Position numbers and translations under genes: made by a program
Shown: piece by piece, positions 1-9,125 of the stretch
How positions within the stretch are numbered: position 1 is the stretch's first letter
How the letters are laid out: each line of letters opens with the position of its first letter
Assembly: GCA_965267425.1 (NCBI GenBank)
Contig: OZ253959.1
Location: 3,137,836 to 3,161,835, forward strand
Reading direction: 5' to 3'
Length of the DNA: 24,000 nucleotides
Source of the DNA: Vicingaceae bacterium
GTDB taxonomy: Bacteria > Bacteroidota > Bacteroidia > Flavobacteriales_E > Vicingaceae
Notes under the pieces: model-generated
Database searches by the model: none
What the model was told of the DNA's origin: nothing
What the model saw: the letters and a program-made list of their open reading frames with translations, nothing else

Positions 1-1715
1 CTTTTGTAATCACACCCGTAACCCAAAATCCTACTGGAGGATATTTTACTGGAAATGGAGTAGATAGTACTACTGGAGTGTTCACTCCTATCAATGCCAA
101 CCTTGGTCAAAACATCATATTGTACAAATACACAGATGCTTTTGGATGTTCCAATTTTGCAGAAGATTCAATAAATGTGAACGAAAATCCGGTGGTGTCG
201 TTGGTATTGCTTCAAGATTCAGTTTGTGAAGATGACCCGTCATTTACACTTTCAGGTGGCGTGCCCAGTGCTCCAGGTACAGGAGTATATACAGGAACAG
301 GTGTAGGTCCTACATCTCCTTACGTGTTTTCACCCCCATCAGCCGGACCTGGCGTTCATAACATCACATATGAATATACAGATCTAAATGGGTGTGCGAG
401 TTCTACGACACAACCAATGACTGTTCATGCGCTTCCAACCATTACATTTAACGTATTTGATCAGCATTGTGCCAATGATGACCCATTTTTGTTGGACAAA
501 GCGGTTCCTGCAGGTGGAGTCTATTCAGGTACAGGAGTTGTAAATGGTGACACATTTGATCCAGCACAAACACCCGGACCTGGAACCTATACGATTACTT
601 ACGAATACACGGATCCTGTAACAGGATGTTCAAATACAGAAATTCAATCACTGACATTGGATTCTATCCCAATTATCTTTTTTGCCAATGGAGACCCACC
701 ATTGTCGTCTTCCAGTCCTTACATAATAAAGATTTGTCAAGGTGATTTTGGATATATCGAAGTATTTGCCAACCCCACAGCTGGTTCATTTGACTGGTTT
801 CCAAATGATTTAACTATTTCAGATTCCGGAGCAATTAAAAATGGTTCTCAAATGAAATTGTTGCCAACTGTTACGACAACTTACACAGTTACGGCCTTGG
901 TTGGTAATTGCCAAAATTCAGAAGACATTACTGTGGATGTTATCCCTCCTGCAACAGCAGAAATTCTTGGAGATACAACATACTGTTTTGGAGATAGTAC
1001 TACTTTGACAGCTACCGGTGCATCTTCGTACATATGGAGTACAGGTGATACTACAGAATCCATTGTGATTAATTCAATGTTCTCTGTCAATGATATTTCT
1101 GTAACTGCGAATAGTGAAACCGATGGAAATGGAAATCAATGTAGTTCTTCAGACACCTCTGTTAATGTAACTGTGCATCCAACTCCGTTTATTTCGACAT
1201 CTTTTGATACAACCATTTATGCAGGAGATGAAGCACAACTTGGTGCTTATGGAGGAGTCTCTTATGTATGGGAAGCAAAAGATTCTTCTCATACCGATGA
1301 TTTTGATTGCAAGGATTGTCCAGATCCTATTGTCTCTCCATTGGTTGATAGAAACACAGAAAAATTGACCTATTATGTTATCGGTACAGACACAAACGGA
1401 TGTGTGAATGCAGATAGTGTAGATGTCTTTATAGATGAAAAAATAATTGTATTCGTGCCTACGGCATTTTCACCCAACAAAGATGGCAATAACGACGTAT
1501 TGTATGTTAGAGGCAAGGGTGTTAAATCTATTTTCCTTGAAATTTTCAATCGACGGGGTGAGAAGGTTTTTGAAACTTCTAAAATGTCCAAAGGTTGGGA
1601 TGGAACTTTTGAAGGGAATGATATGAATGCGGAAACGTACGTATATTATTTAACAGTGACTCCTTATGCGGATAAAGCGTTTAAGGAAACCGGGAGTATT
1701 ACGCTCGTGAGATAA
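1..1715 (+). CDS. Large secreted/surface protein with PKD-like repeats and C-terminal gliding-motility-associated (T9SS type B) sorting domain; 5' end truncated by window
   Basis: Track ORF begins at a GTG (78), but the frame stays open to base 1 (upstream reads FVITPVTQNPTGGYFTGNGVDSTTG), so this is a partial gene. C-terminus FVPTAFSPNKDGNNDVLYVRGKGVKSIFLEIFNRRGEKVFE...WDGTFEGNDMNAETYVYYLTV matches the type B CTD pattern. Confidence 0.93.
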   Translation, partial: FVITPVTQNPTGGYFTGNGVDSTTGVFTPINANLGQNIILYKYTDAFGCSNFAEDSINVNENPVVSLVLLQDSVCEDDPSFTLSGGVPSAPGTGVYTGTGVGPTSPYVFSPPSAGPGVHNITYEYTDLNGCASSTTQPMTVHALPTITFNVFDQHCANDDPFLLDKAVPAGGVYSGTGVVNGDTFDPAQTPGPGTYTITYEYTDPVTGCSNTEIQSLTLDSIPIIFFANGDPPLSSSSPYIIKICQGDFGYIEVFANPTAGSFDWFPNDLTISDSGAIKNGSQMKLLPTVTTTYTVTALVGNCQNSEDITVDVIPPATAEILGDTTYCFGDSTTLTATGASSYIWSTGDTTESIVINSMFSVNDISVTANSETDGNGNQCSSSDTSVNVTVHPTPFISTSFDTTIYAGDEAQLGAYGGVSYVWEAKDSSHTDDFDCKDCPDPIVSPLVDRNTEKLTYYVIGTDTNGCVNADSVDVFIDEKIIVFVPTAFSPNKDGNNDVLYVRGKGVKSIFLEIFNRRGEKVFETSKMSKGWDGTFEGNDMNAETYVYYLTVTPYADKAFKETGSITLVR

Positions 1716-1761
1716 ATTCAAATTAAAGGGCAGTAGAAAGGACATTCAGAACAAGAAAATT

Positions 1762-2820
1762 ATGAAGAGAAACCTATCGATTGTATTGGTGATGCTGTTT
1801 TTGTTGGCAGGTGTGGGATTGGTGAAAGGACAATATATTCACTATTCGCAGTTTTATACAAATTTATATGGTATAAATCCTGCAGCAACAGGAGCATTTC
1901 GTGGTGATTACCGGCTGTTTGCCAATTACAGGCAACAATGGAACTCTATCAATCAACCGTTCCAAACAGTTTTCGCCGCGTATGACATGGGAATAATGAA
2001 ACATAAAGATCCCTCGGGAGTGAAATCTTTTCCGGCATTTGGAATTTCATTTCTTCAGGATCAAACAAATGACCAAAACTTAAAAATTACAGAAATCTTG
2101 GCATCTCTGGCATATAACGTAAGATTGAGCTCAAAGAATTATTTGACTGCTGGTGTGCGTGTAGGATCAGCTAGCCGAAGTTTGAATTTGGCCAATTTTT
2201 CCTGGGATTCACAATACCAGACTACTACTGGTATTTATGATCCAACCGCTCCTACAGGAGAAGATGCTAATAAAGAAAGTGTTAATTACGTACCTATTTC
2301 GGGAGGATTGTTATGGAATTTCAGCAATCCAGATAAATACAGAATGAACATAGGATTAGCTTTAAATCGATTAAACCAACCTGATGCTTCATTTTATCAA
2401 AATGGTAGTGATGTATTAAATCAGCAATTGGCATTAAACATCGGAGGTGAAGTTTTTATTCCAAATAGTGCATTGTCACTCATGCCTGTATTTTTATTGA
2501 TTGATGAAAAAGTTTCGAGCGAAACCACCATTGGTTTAATCGGTAAGTATGCAGTGAGTTTCGATTCCAAATACACAGGGATTAAGAAATCTACTGGAAT
2601 ATCACTTGGTATGTTGTATCGATCACAAGATGCGGTGGTAGCGTTAATTAGAATTGACTTGAGAGGTTCCATTTCTATAGGAGCTTCATACGATTATGAT
2701 ATTTCTGGATTAAAAACAGCCACAGGGAATAAAGGAGCTACCGAATTCATGCTGATTTATTCAGGGTTTATTAAGAAGAAAAGTAAATTACCTCAAAGGG
2801 GTAGTGTAGAATTTTTCTAG
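1762..2820 (+). CDS. PorP/SprF family type IX secretion system membrane protein
   Basis: 352 aa, signal peptide then GQYIHYSQFYTNLYGINPAATGAFRGDYRLFANYRQQW.., the typical PorP/SprF N-terminal motif; located directly after a type B CTD gene. Confidence 0.92.
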   Translation: MKRNLSIVLVMLFLLAGVGLVKGQYIHYSQFYTNLYGINPAATGAFRGDYRLFANYRQQWNSINQPFQTVFAAYDMGIMKHKDPSGVKSFPAFGISFLQDQTNDQNLKITEILASLAYNVRLSSKNYLTAGVRVGSASRSLNLANFSWDSQYQTTTGIYDPTAPTGEDANKESVNYVPISGGLLWNFSNPDKYRMNIGLALNRLNQPDASFYQNGSDVLNQQLALNIGGEVFIPNSALSLMPVFLLIDEKVSSETTIGLIGKYAVSFDSKYTGIKKSTGISLGMLYRSQDAVVALIRIDLRGSISIGASYDYDISGLKTATGNKGATEFMLIYSGFIKKKSKLPQRGSVEFF

Positions 2821-2835
2821 AAATAGTTGATCAAA

Positions 2836-3474
2836 ATGAAGATGAAAAAGATATTAAATACACTATTATTTGGATTGTTTGTTTCAGCCATAATTGTAGC
2901 ATGTACAAAAGCTGAAGAAACAACACCAGATCACCCTGCTAATCCTCCTGCATCTTGTAATGATGGAATATTGAACCAGGGAGAATACAAAGTTGATTGT
3001 GGAGGACCTTGTTCGAATTGCAGCAAGTCCGTGTCTATGAAAATTGAAGTCGATAGTATTTGGCTTGCGGATTCTGTGAATACCCGAGGAGGCTGGGAAG
3101 CAGATAAAATATATTTCAGTGATTCCATCTATGATGGCGATTTTTATTTTGCAGCAATAGACAGTCAATTTAATGCACAACATCACTATCGTGGATTGTA
3201 TTTCATTATTGATTCTCTATATCCTGAAGTGAGAGGAATTTATGAATTTCAAGATATTGAAGGATTTTATACTCATTTCATATTGAATCCGGGAACAGCT
3301 GAATTGAGTAGTGGAATCGTAAAAGTTACCAATGCCGATACCGTTAATAAACTTATTTCAGGTTCGTTTGAATTTCATACAGAACCTTTCGGTATTGACA
3401 ATTATAGAGTAGAGATTATAGAAGGTGCCTTTAATGACTTACCATATACAGGTACCTTCGTTGAGGCCAAGTAA
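2836..3474 (+). CDS. Putative lipoprotein with CxDGxxNxGExxVDCGGxCxxC motif
   Basis: Likely start ATG 2836 rather than TTG 2827. N-terminus MKMKKILNTLLFGLFVSAIIVAC (lipobox-like), then CNDGILNQGEYKVDCGGPCSNC. Confidence 0.75.
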   Translation: MKMKKILNTLLFGLFVSAIIVACTKAEETTPDHPANPPASCNDGILNQGEYKVDCGGPCSNCSKSVSMKIEVDSIWLADSVNTRGGWEADKIYFSDSIYDGDFYFAAIDSQFNAQHHYRGLYFIIDSLYPEVRGIYEFQDIEGFYTHFILNPGTAELSSGIVKVTNADTVNKLISGSFEFHTEPFGIDNYRVEIIEGAFNDLPYTGTFVEAK

Positions 3475-3545
3475 GTCATTACTGGTCATTTTATTTCCAA
3501 AGGCAAAGGATTATCTTGAGCGCTATCTTGAGAGGAGGAACAGCT

Positions 3546-6500
3546 ATGTTAACTAATTTGAAAATAAGCGCACCGGGATGGACAGCAAGAATTGCTGTGG
3601 TTATTTCCTTATTTCTTATTTCTTCTTTCGCGATAGGACAATTGTCGACAGTAACAACTGCCAACTTATCCATTTGCCCGGGAGGATCAGCAAGTTTATT
3701 AACCACTCCTTCTGGTGGAACATCATATACATACTCTTGGTCACCGGCAGGTTCATTGTCCAATGCAGCCATTGCAAATCCTGTTGCCACACCTACAGTT
3801 ACTACAAAATATTTTATAACCGTTACAGATGTGCCAACATCTGCAACTTTTACTGATTCTGTCACTGTTACTGTGGCTAATGTACCTCCTGCTTTGACAA
3901 TCGTTCCGGATGTTGACACCATATGTGCTGGAGATTCTACCCAGCTTGAGGTTTTTAATTCTCCGGTATGTGGCACAGTTCCTGGATCAACTTGCATTGG
4001 CACATCAAGCACGGGAATTGTTGGAACTGGAACGTTTGGAACATCAGCACAAACGGTTAGTCCCTATTACAAAAGATATCAGGTATTTCCACTATTCACC
4101 ATTGATAACAGGAGTACCAAACATCAAATGATCTACACCAAAGACGAATTGAATGCGGTAGGAATCATTGGACAAAGAACCATTTCTGCAATTGCATATA
4201 ATGTATTAGGCGTTCCCAGTGGATTGACTCCTTACATTGATTTCACTATTAAAATGAAATGTGTTACCGCATCTGCCCTCTCAAGTACATTTGAAACAGG
4301 CATGCAAACTGTTTTTGATCCCAAATCAGTAACCGTTACCAATGGATGGAATGAACACGTTTTTGACAATTCATTTGTTTGGGATGGCACAAGTAATATT
4401 GTAGTAGAAGTCTGCTTTCAAGATGTTGCTACCACCGCTGTCTTCCAGAGTCCAACGGTGGAATGGACTAATGGTGTAGGATTTGGCGCGACAAATACCT
4501 CTACCTCAGGAAGTGCATGTGGCGCCACATTTGGATTTGCATTTGTTCCTCAATCCAGAGTAAATACCAGATTTAGGCATTGCCAAGCAACTCATTCCAG
4601 TGGATTGACATTTAGTTGGACGCCAACGGCCGGACTCAGCAGTGCAATTATCAGCAATCCTCATGCCTTTCCGGGAACATCCACCTCTTATGTGCTAACT
4701 GCCACCGATGCTGGAAATTGTGAATTTATTGATACGGCGGAAATTACTGTGGCTCCCAATTTCAATTTATCCGTAACTGCAGATACCGTATTATGTGGGG
4801 AAGACAGTATTAACTTGGTTGCCACTGATAATGCAGGTGCTGGAGCGACTTATTCATGGACCCCTGCTGCTCTTGTGGCTAACCCTAATGTGGCTTCTAC
4901 CAAAGGTTTGGTGAGTGGAAACTTTAGTTATCTGATCAGTGTCAAGTCCACAGCAGGATGTGAAAAAACAGATAGTACCGTGGTTAGTCTATATCCACCT
5001 GTAGATGTGGAAATTGTAACGCAAGATACATCCATTTGTGCCGGAGACACGTTGCAGCTCGAAAGCACAACGTTAAATGCAAATTGTTATACATCACCGG
5101 GATACGGTTGTCCTTCTCCAACTTCAAGAATTGTGGGAACAGGAGTTGGCGCTTTCAATTTTTGGACGGCGAACCCATTTAATGCAACAGCTAGCCCGTT
5201 TGTAACTTCTCCCGGACATAGAAAACAAATATTGTTTACCAAGGCTGAATTAAATGCTGCTGGCTTGGACGCCAGTACGTCCATTACAGCCATTGCGTTT
5301 GATGTAGCTTCCTTTTCTGGAACTTCAACATTTAATGGTTTTACTGTCAAAATGAATTGTACATCGCTGGATGAATTCCCTCTATTCGGTGGAGTATATG
5401 AAACAGGGTTGACAACTGTGATGAATCCAACTGCCGTGACCATCAATTCAGGATGGGTTGATCTTACATTCACCAGTGCTTTTAACTGGGATGGTGAATC
5501 AAATGTGATCATAGAAGTATGTTGGCAAAATTCAAGTTCATTGGTTACGGGGACTCAACAAGTGGTGAATTATTCCACCCTTTCCAAAAGAATGACCTTG
5601 ACCTCTTTACTAGGATTTGGTGGAGGAGTGGCCTGTGCGGCTGCACCATCAGGTAGTGGATTACAGCGCCCCAATGTAAGATTTAAGACATGCCCGGCTC
5701 CCCCGAATTTGGCATTTAGCTATCAATGGACGCCGACGGTAGGATTAACCGACGATACCATTCCTTCACCTGTCATGAATGGAACCGTGAGCAATAATTA
5801 TGTGCTTACCGTATTTGATGCTTCATCAAATTGTTCAGATACTGATACTGTGGCCATTACTGTTGCACCGAATTTCACGATGAATGCAATGAATGATACG
5901 ACTCTTTGTATTTCAGATTCCTTTAATTTGGCACTTACGCACAACTCTGGACTTCCAGTAACCTATCGATGGACTCCTTCATCCATGATGAATGACTCTA
6001 CATTGGCCGCACCTTTTGCAGTCATTGATAAGAGTTACAATGTTTCCGTTGAAGTTGAATCTAGCCTCGGGTGTATAAAAAGAGATACCGTAGACATTAC
6101 ACTATTAAATCAGGTAGCGTTTGACATTAGTTTAATTGACTCCGTGGCATGTCAAGATGATTCTTCGCAATTTGTGGTAGATCAACATTTGGATAACGGA
6201 ATTGGAGAATCTTCTTTATGCACTGCCTTTAATTCAGCCACCATTGGAACTTCGTCGTCAGCATCGTTTGCGACCAATACAACTCCTTTTTTACATATTA
6301 ATCCAAGTACAAAGAGACAGTATATCATGCGTGCCAGTGAATTAACTGCCGCAGGAATTAATTCAGGGCAATTGTCATCCATTGCCATTAATGTGTTGTT
6401 CCTCGGAAGTACCACTACGTATCAGAACTTTGTCATTAAGATAGGCACAACAACGTTGGATGCGTTTTCTACCACAGCATTCGCCAGTGGGCTTGAGACA

Positions 6501-8327
6501 GTAATGGGACCATCCAATATTGTTATTAACGCGGGCTGGAATACCTTTTTGTTTGATAACCTCTACAACTGGGATGGAAAGTCGAATCTAATCATTGAAT
6601 TGTGTTATGATAATGGTTCCGGAGGTGGATTTGGGGCTTCTTCTTCTGTATACTATTCCAATAAAACATATACATCTACTTTATTTGCAGCGGGTACGGC
6701 TCAATGTGGAATTGCGAATGGTTCTTTGACGTCTCGTAGACCGAATTTCATGTTCAATTATTGCAATTACGTACCAGGTCCATTTGCCTATTCATGGTCA
6801 CCATCCATATTCTTAAGTAATCCAAACATCAAAGAACCTGGGGTTATCCTGGATAGTACCAGAACTTATTATTTGACTTCTACAGATTTGAATTCATTGT
6901 GTACCTATGTTGATAGCATAACATTTGAAGCACGCGATTTCAACATTTTGGCATTAACAGACACTGGCTTGTGTTCAACAATGGATTACCAACTAGAAGT
7001 AGTAACGGATGCTGTAGCGCCTGTCACTTATGAATGGACTCCTTATGCATGGGTATCAGACTCCTCTATAGCAAATCCAGTTTCTGTTGTTTCCAATGGA
7101 TCATTCTATTCGGTGAGAGTTACTGACTCGGCAGGATGTGTTAAATACGATACCGTTGACGTTCAATTATATCCAAACATATTTCCAACTGTGACCCCAG
7201 ATACTACCTGGTGTGTCAATACAGATCTTGTATTGCAGGCTACTGGAGGAGACTTTTATAATTGGAGCCCTTCGAATGGTTTGAGTAATGCCAGTATTCC
7301 AAATCCAACTGCAACCGTTACCATGCCAATTACCTATGTGGTAAATATTTCGAACACATTTGGTTGTACAGGCAGTGATACGGTTACCATTGGCTTGCAT
7401 GATTCGCCTCCTTTGGACTTAGGTCCAGATACTTCATACTGTAATGGCGGTTGGTTAATTCTTGATCCAGGTGATGAATTTGTCTCATACGAATGGCAGG
7501 ACTTATCTACGGATCAAACATTTCTTGTTACCAACGACGGTAATTTCTCCGTGAAAACAGAAGATGAATTCGGGTGTTTCCAAACAGATTCTGTTGAAAT
7601 TGGTATTGCCCCTATTCCAACAACTGACTTTGATTTTAATACTGCGTTGTGCGTTGGAGATTCCTTGTATTTGGATGCTGGGAATGTTGGTTCAACGTAT
7701 TTGTGGTCGACAGGTGAAAATTCACAATTTACCCTGGTCAAAGACAGTGGACTAATCTGGGTGGAAATAGATGATGGAATTTGCGTGGGAAGAGATACCA
7801 CGAGAGTCGTATTAACTGAATACCCGGTTTCTGAACTACCAGAACTTGTAACTTATTGCAATCGCGATAATCCATTTGGTGTGGTTATCAGAGCGGGTGA
7901 TGAACAGTTTAGATATAGATGGTCCAATAACCGTGCTACCAATCAAATCATTGCTGTGGATGATGGTATGTATACGGTGAGTATTACCAAAGATTTGGTT
8001 TGTACCATTCAAGATACAGTAGAGGTTAAATACTATTGTCCGGGAACATTCTTTGTGCCAACGTCTTTTACACCTAATTCGGATGGTGTCAATGATTATT
8101 TTTCCATTGCCGGAACACAAGTAGAAGACTTCTTATTTGAAATTTATGATAGATGGGGGCATGCCATCTTACGTTCTCATGATCCTGATTTTGTGTGGGA
8201 TGGTTATTTTAAGGGAAATCCCGTCCAGGCAGGAACGTATGTTTGGAAATTAACCTATAAAGTCACGGAACTTGATGGGGTAGTTACCGAAAAACAAGAA
8301 TACGGTAACCTACATATCTTGCGCTAA
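3546..8327 (+). CDS. Giant modular surface protein with PKD-like repeats, three copies of a second module and T9SS type B C-terminal domain
   Basis: Probable ATG at 3546 (preceded by GAGGAGGAA) rather than 3516. Many YxWxPxxxLSNxxIxNPxAxPxxTTxYxVTVTD repeats; C-terminus TFFVPTSFTPNSDGVNDYFSIAGTQVEDFLFEIYDRWGHAI...WDGYFKGNPVQAGTYVWKLTYK. Confidence 0.93.
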   Translation: MLTNLKISAPGWTARIAVVISLFLISSFAIGQLSTVTTANLSICPGGSASLLTTPSGGTSYTYSWSPAGSLSNAAIANPVATPTVTTKYFITVTDVPTSATFTDSVTVTVANVPPALTIVPDVDTICAGDSTQLEVFNSPVCGTVPGSTCIGTSSTGIVGTGTFGTSAQTVSPYYKRYQVFPLFTIDNRSTKHQMIYTKDELNAVGIIGQRTISAIAYNVLGVPSGLTPYIDFTIKMKCVTASALSSTFETGMQTVFDPKSVTVTNGWNEHVFDNSFVWDGTSNIVVEVCFQDVATTAVFQSPTVEWTNGVGFGATNTSTSGSACGATFGFAFVPQSRVNTRFRHCQATHSSGLTFSWTPTAGLSSAIISNPHAFPGTSTSYVLTATDAGNCEFIDTAEITVAPNFNLSVTADTVLCGEDSINLVATDNAGAGATYSWTPAALVANPNVASTKGLVSGNFSYLISVKSTAGCEKTDSTVVSLYPPVDVEIVTQDTSICAGDTLQLESTTLNANCYTSPGYGCPSPTSRIVGTGVGAFNFWTANPFNATASPFVTSPGHRKQILFTKAELNAAGLDASTSITAIAFDVASFSGTSTFNGFTVKMNCTSLDEFPLFGGVYETGLTTVMNPTAVTINSGWVDLTFTSAFNWDGESNVIIEVCWQNSSSLVTGTQQVVNYSTLSKRMTLTSLLGFGGGVACAAAPSGSGLQRPNVRFKTCPAPPNLAFSYQWTPTVGLTDDTIPSPVMNGTVSNNYVLTVFDASSNCSDTDTVAITVAPNFTMNAMNDTTLCISDSFNLALTHNSGLPVTYRWTPSSMMNDSTLAAPFAVIDKSYNVSVEVESSLGCIKRDTVDITLLNQVAFDISLIDSVACQDDSSQFVVDQHLDNGIGESSLCTAFNSATIGTSSSASFATNTTPFLHINPSTKRQYIMRASELTAAGINSGQLSSIAINVLFLGSTTTYQNFVIKIGTTTLDAFSTTAFASGLETVMGPSNIVINAGWNTFLFDNLYNWDGKSNLIIELCYDNGSGGGFGASSSVYYSNKTYTSTLFAAGTAQCGIANGSLTSRRPNFMFNYCNYVPGPFAYSWSPSIFLSNPNIKEPGVILDSTRTYYLTSTDLNSLCTYVDSITFEARDFNILALTDTGLCSTMDYQLEVVTDAVAPVTYEWTPYAWVSDSSIANPVSVVSNGSFYSVRVTDSAGCVKYDTVDVQLYPNIFPTVTPDTTWCVNTDLVLQATGGDFYNWSPSNGLSNASIPNPTATVTMPITYVVNISNTFGCTGSDTVTIGLHDSPPLDLGPDTSYCNGGWLILDPGDEFVSYEWQDLSTDQTFLVTNDGNFSVKTEDEFGCFQTDSVEIGIAPIPTTDFDFNTALCVGDSLYLDAGNVGSTYLWSTGENSQFTLVKDSGLIWVEIDDGICVGRDTTRVVLTEYPVSELPELVTYCNRDNPFGVVIRAGDEQFRYRWSNNRATNQIIAVDDGMYTVSITKDLVCTIQDTVEVKYYCPGTFFVPTSFTPNSDGVNDYFSIAGTQVEDFLFEIYDRWGHAILRSHDPDFVWDGYFKGNPVQAGTYVWKLTYKVTELDGVVTEKQEYGNLHILR

Positions 8328-9125
8328 TTAGTCAGCGTCTAGTCCAACAGGAAATTTTTTTCTAAATGCGATGAGATCATCAATGTTAATGATGGATGTC
8401 AAAATTTGATCGGATGCTCCTTGAGAGACAATTTTATCATTTCCTTTAAAATCGATAATAGCAGAGTCGCCATTATAGTGAATGGCGTTACCGTCCATCC
8501 CTACACGATTTACCCCTACCACGAAACACTGATTTTCAATGGCACGTGCTCTCAACAGTGTTTCCCAGGCATTCTTTCTGGGTGACGGCCAGTTGGCCAC
8601 GTAGATTAACAAGTCATATAAAGCATCATATTCCTTGTTTCCCTTTTCATAGTATTCATTTCTAGACCATACCGGAAATCGCAAATCATAACAAATGAAT
8701 GGACATATTTTCCACCCATTGAAATCAACCACAACCTTTTCCTCCCCGGCAGTGTAATATTTGTCCTCATCCGCCATCCGAAACAAATGCCGCTTGTTGT
8801 ATATCTTCCTGTTCCCATCGGGATCCACCCAAATGAGCCGATTGTATACCTTGCCATTTTCAGATACCATGACACTTCCCGTAATCGCAAGATTGTATTT
8901 TTTCGACAGTGATTCCATCCAAGACCCCGTGGAATCTTCCTCTGAAGGTTCTGCCAATGCGTTCACATTCATACTAAATCCGGTGGTAAACATCTCTGGC
9001 AGCACCAAGAGATCTACATCGCTGTTAAGGGATTTAATTTTTTCTTCAAACAACTGCTTATTTTTCTGAGGATCTTCCCAGTGCAAAATGGACTGTACCG
9101 CAGCAATATGCAATTGTTTTTTCAT
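8328..9125 (-). CDS. Carbon-nitrogen hydrolase (nitrilase superfamily), probable omega-amidase (YafV-like)
   Basis: Likely start at ATG 9125 (MKKQLHIAAVQSILHWEDP..). Catalytic triad contexts: PEMFTTGFSM (Glu), YNKRHLF (Lys), GWKICPFICYDLRFPVWSR (Cys). Confidence 0.88.
   Translation of the reverse strand: MKKQLHIAAVQSILHWEDPQKNKQLFEEKIKSLNSDVDLLVLPEMFTTGFSMNVNALAEPSEEDSTGSWMESLSKKYNLAITGSVMVSENGKVYNRLIWVDPDGNRKIYNKRHLFRMADEDKYYTAGEEKVVVDFNGWKICPFICYDLRFPVWSRNEYYEKGNKEYDALYDLLIYVANWPSPRKNAWETLLRARAIENQCFVVGVNRVGMDGNAIHYNGDSAIIDFKGNDKIVSQGASDQILTSIINIDDLIAFRKKFPVGLDAD

Noticed and set aside
3512-3532. Short direct repeat TATCTTGAG...TATCTTGAG with 12-bp period upstream of the giant gene
   Set aside because: Only two 9-bp copies in AT-rich DNA, overlapping the leader region; could be chance, and no regulator motif is recognised.
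3491-4012. 173-aa minus-strand ORF opposite the giant surface gene
   Set aside because: Antisense shadow of a low-complexity Thr/Pro/Val-rich coding region; no recognisable domain. The plus-strand frame clearly encodes PKD-like repeats.
5087-5512. 141-aa minus-strand ORF
   Set aside because: Antisense to module 2 of the 1593-aa protein; no family motif.
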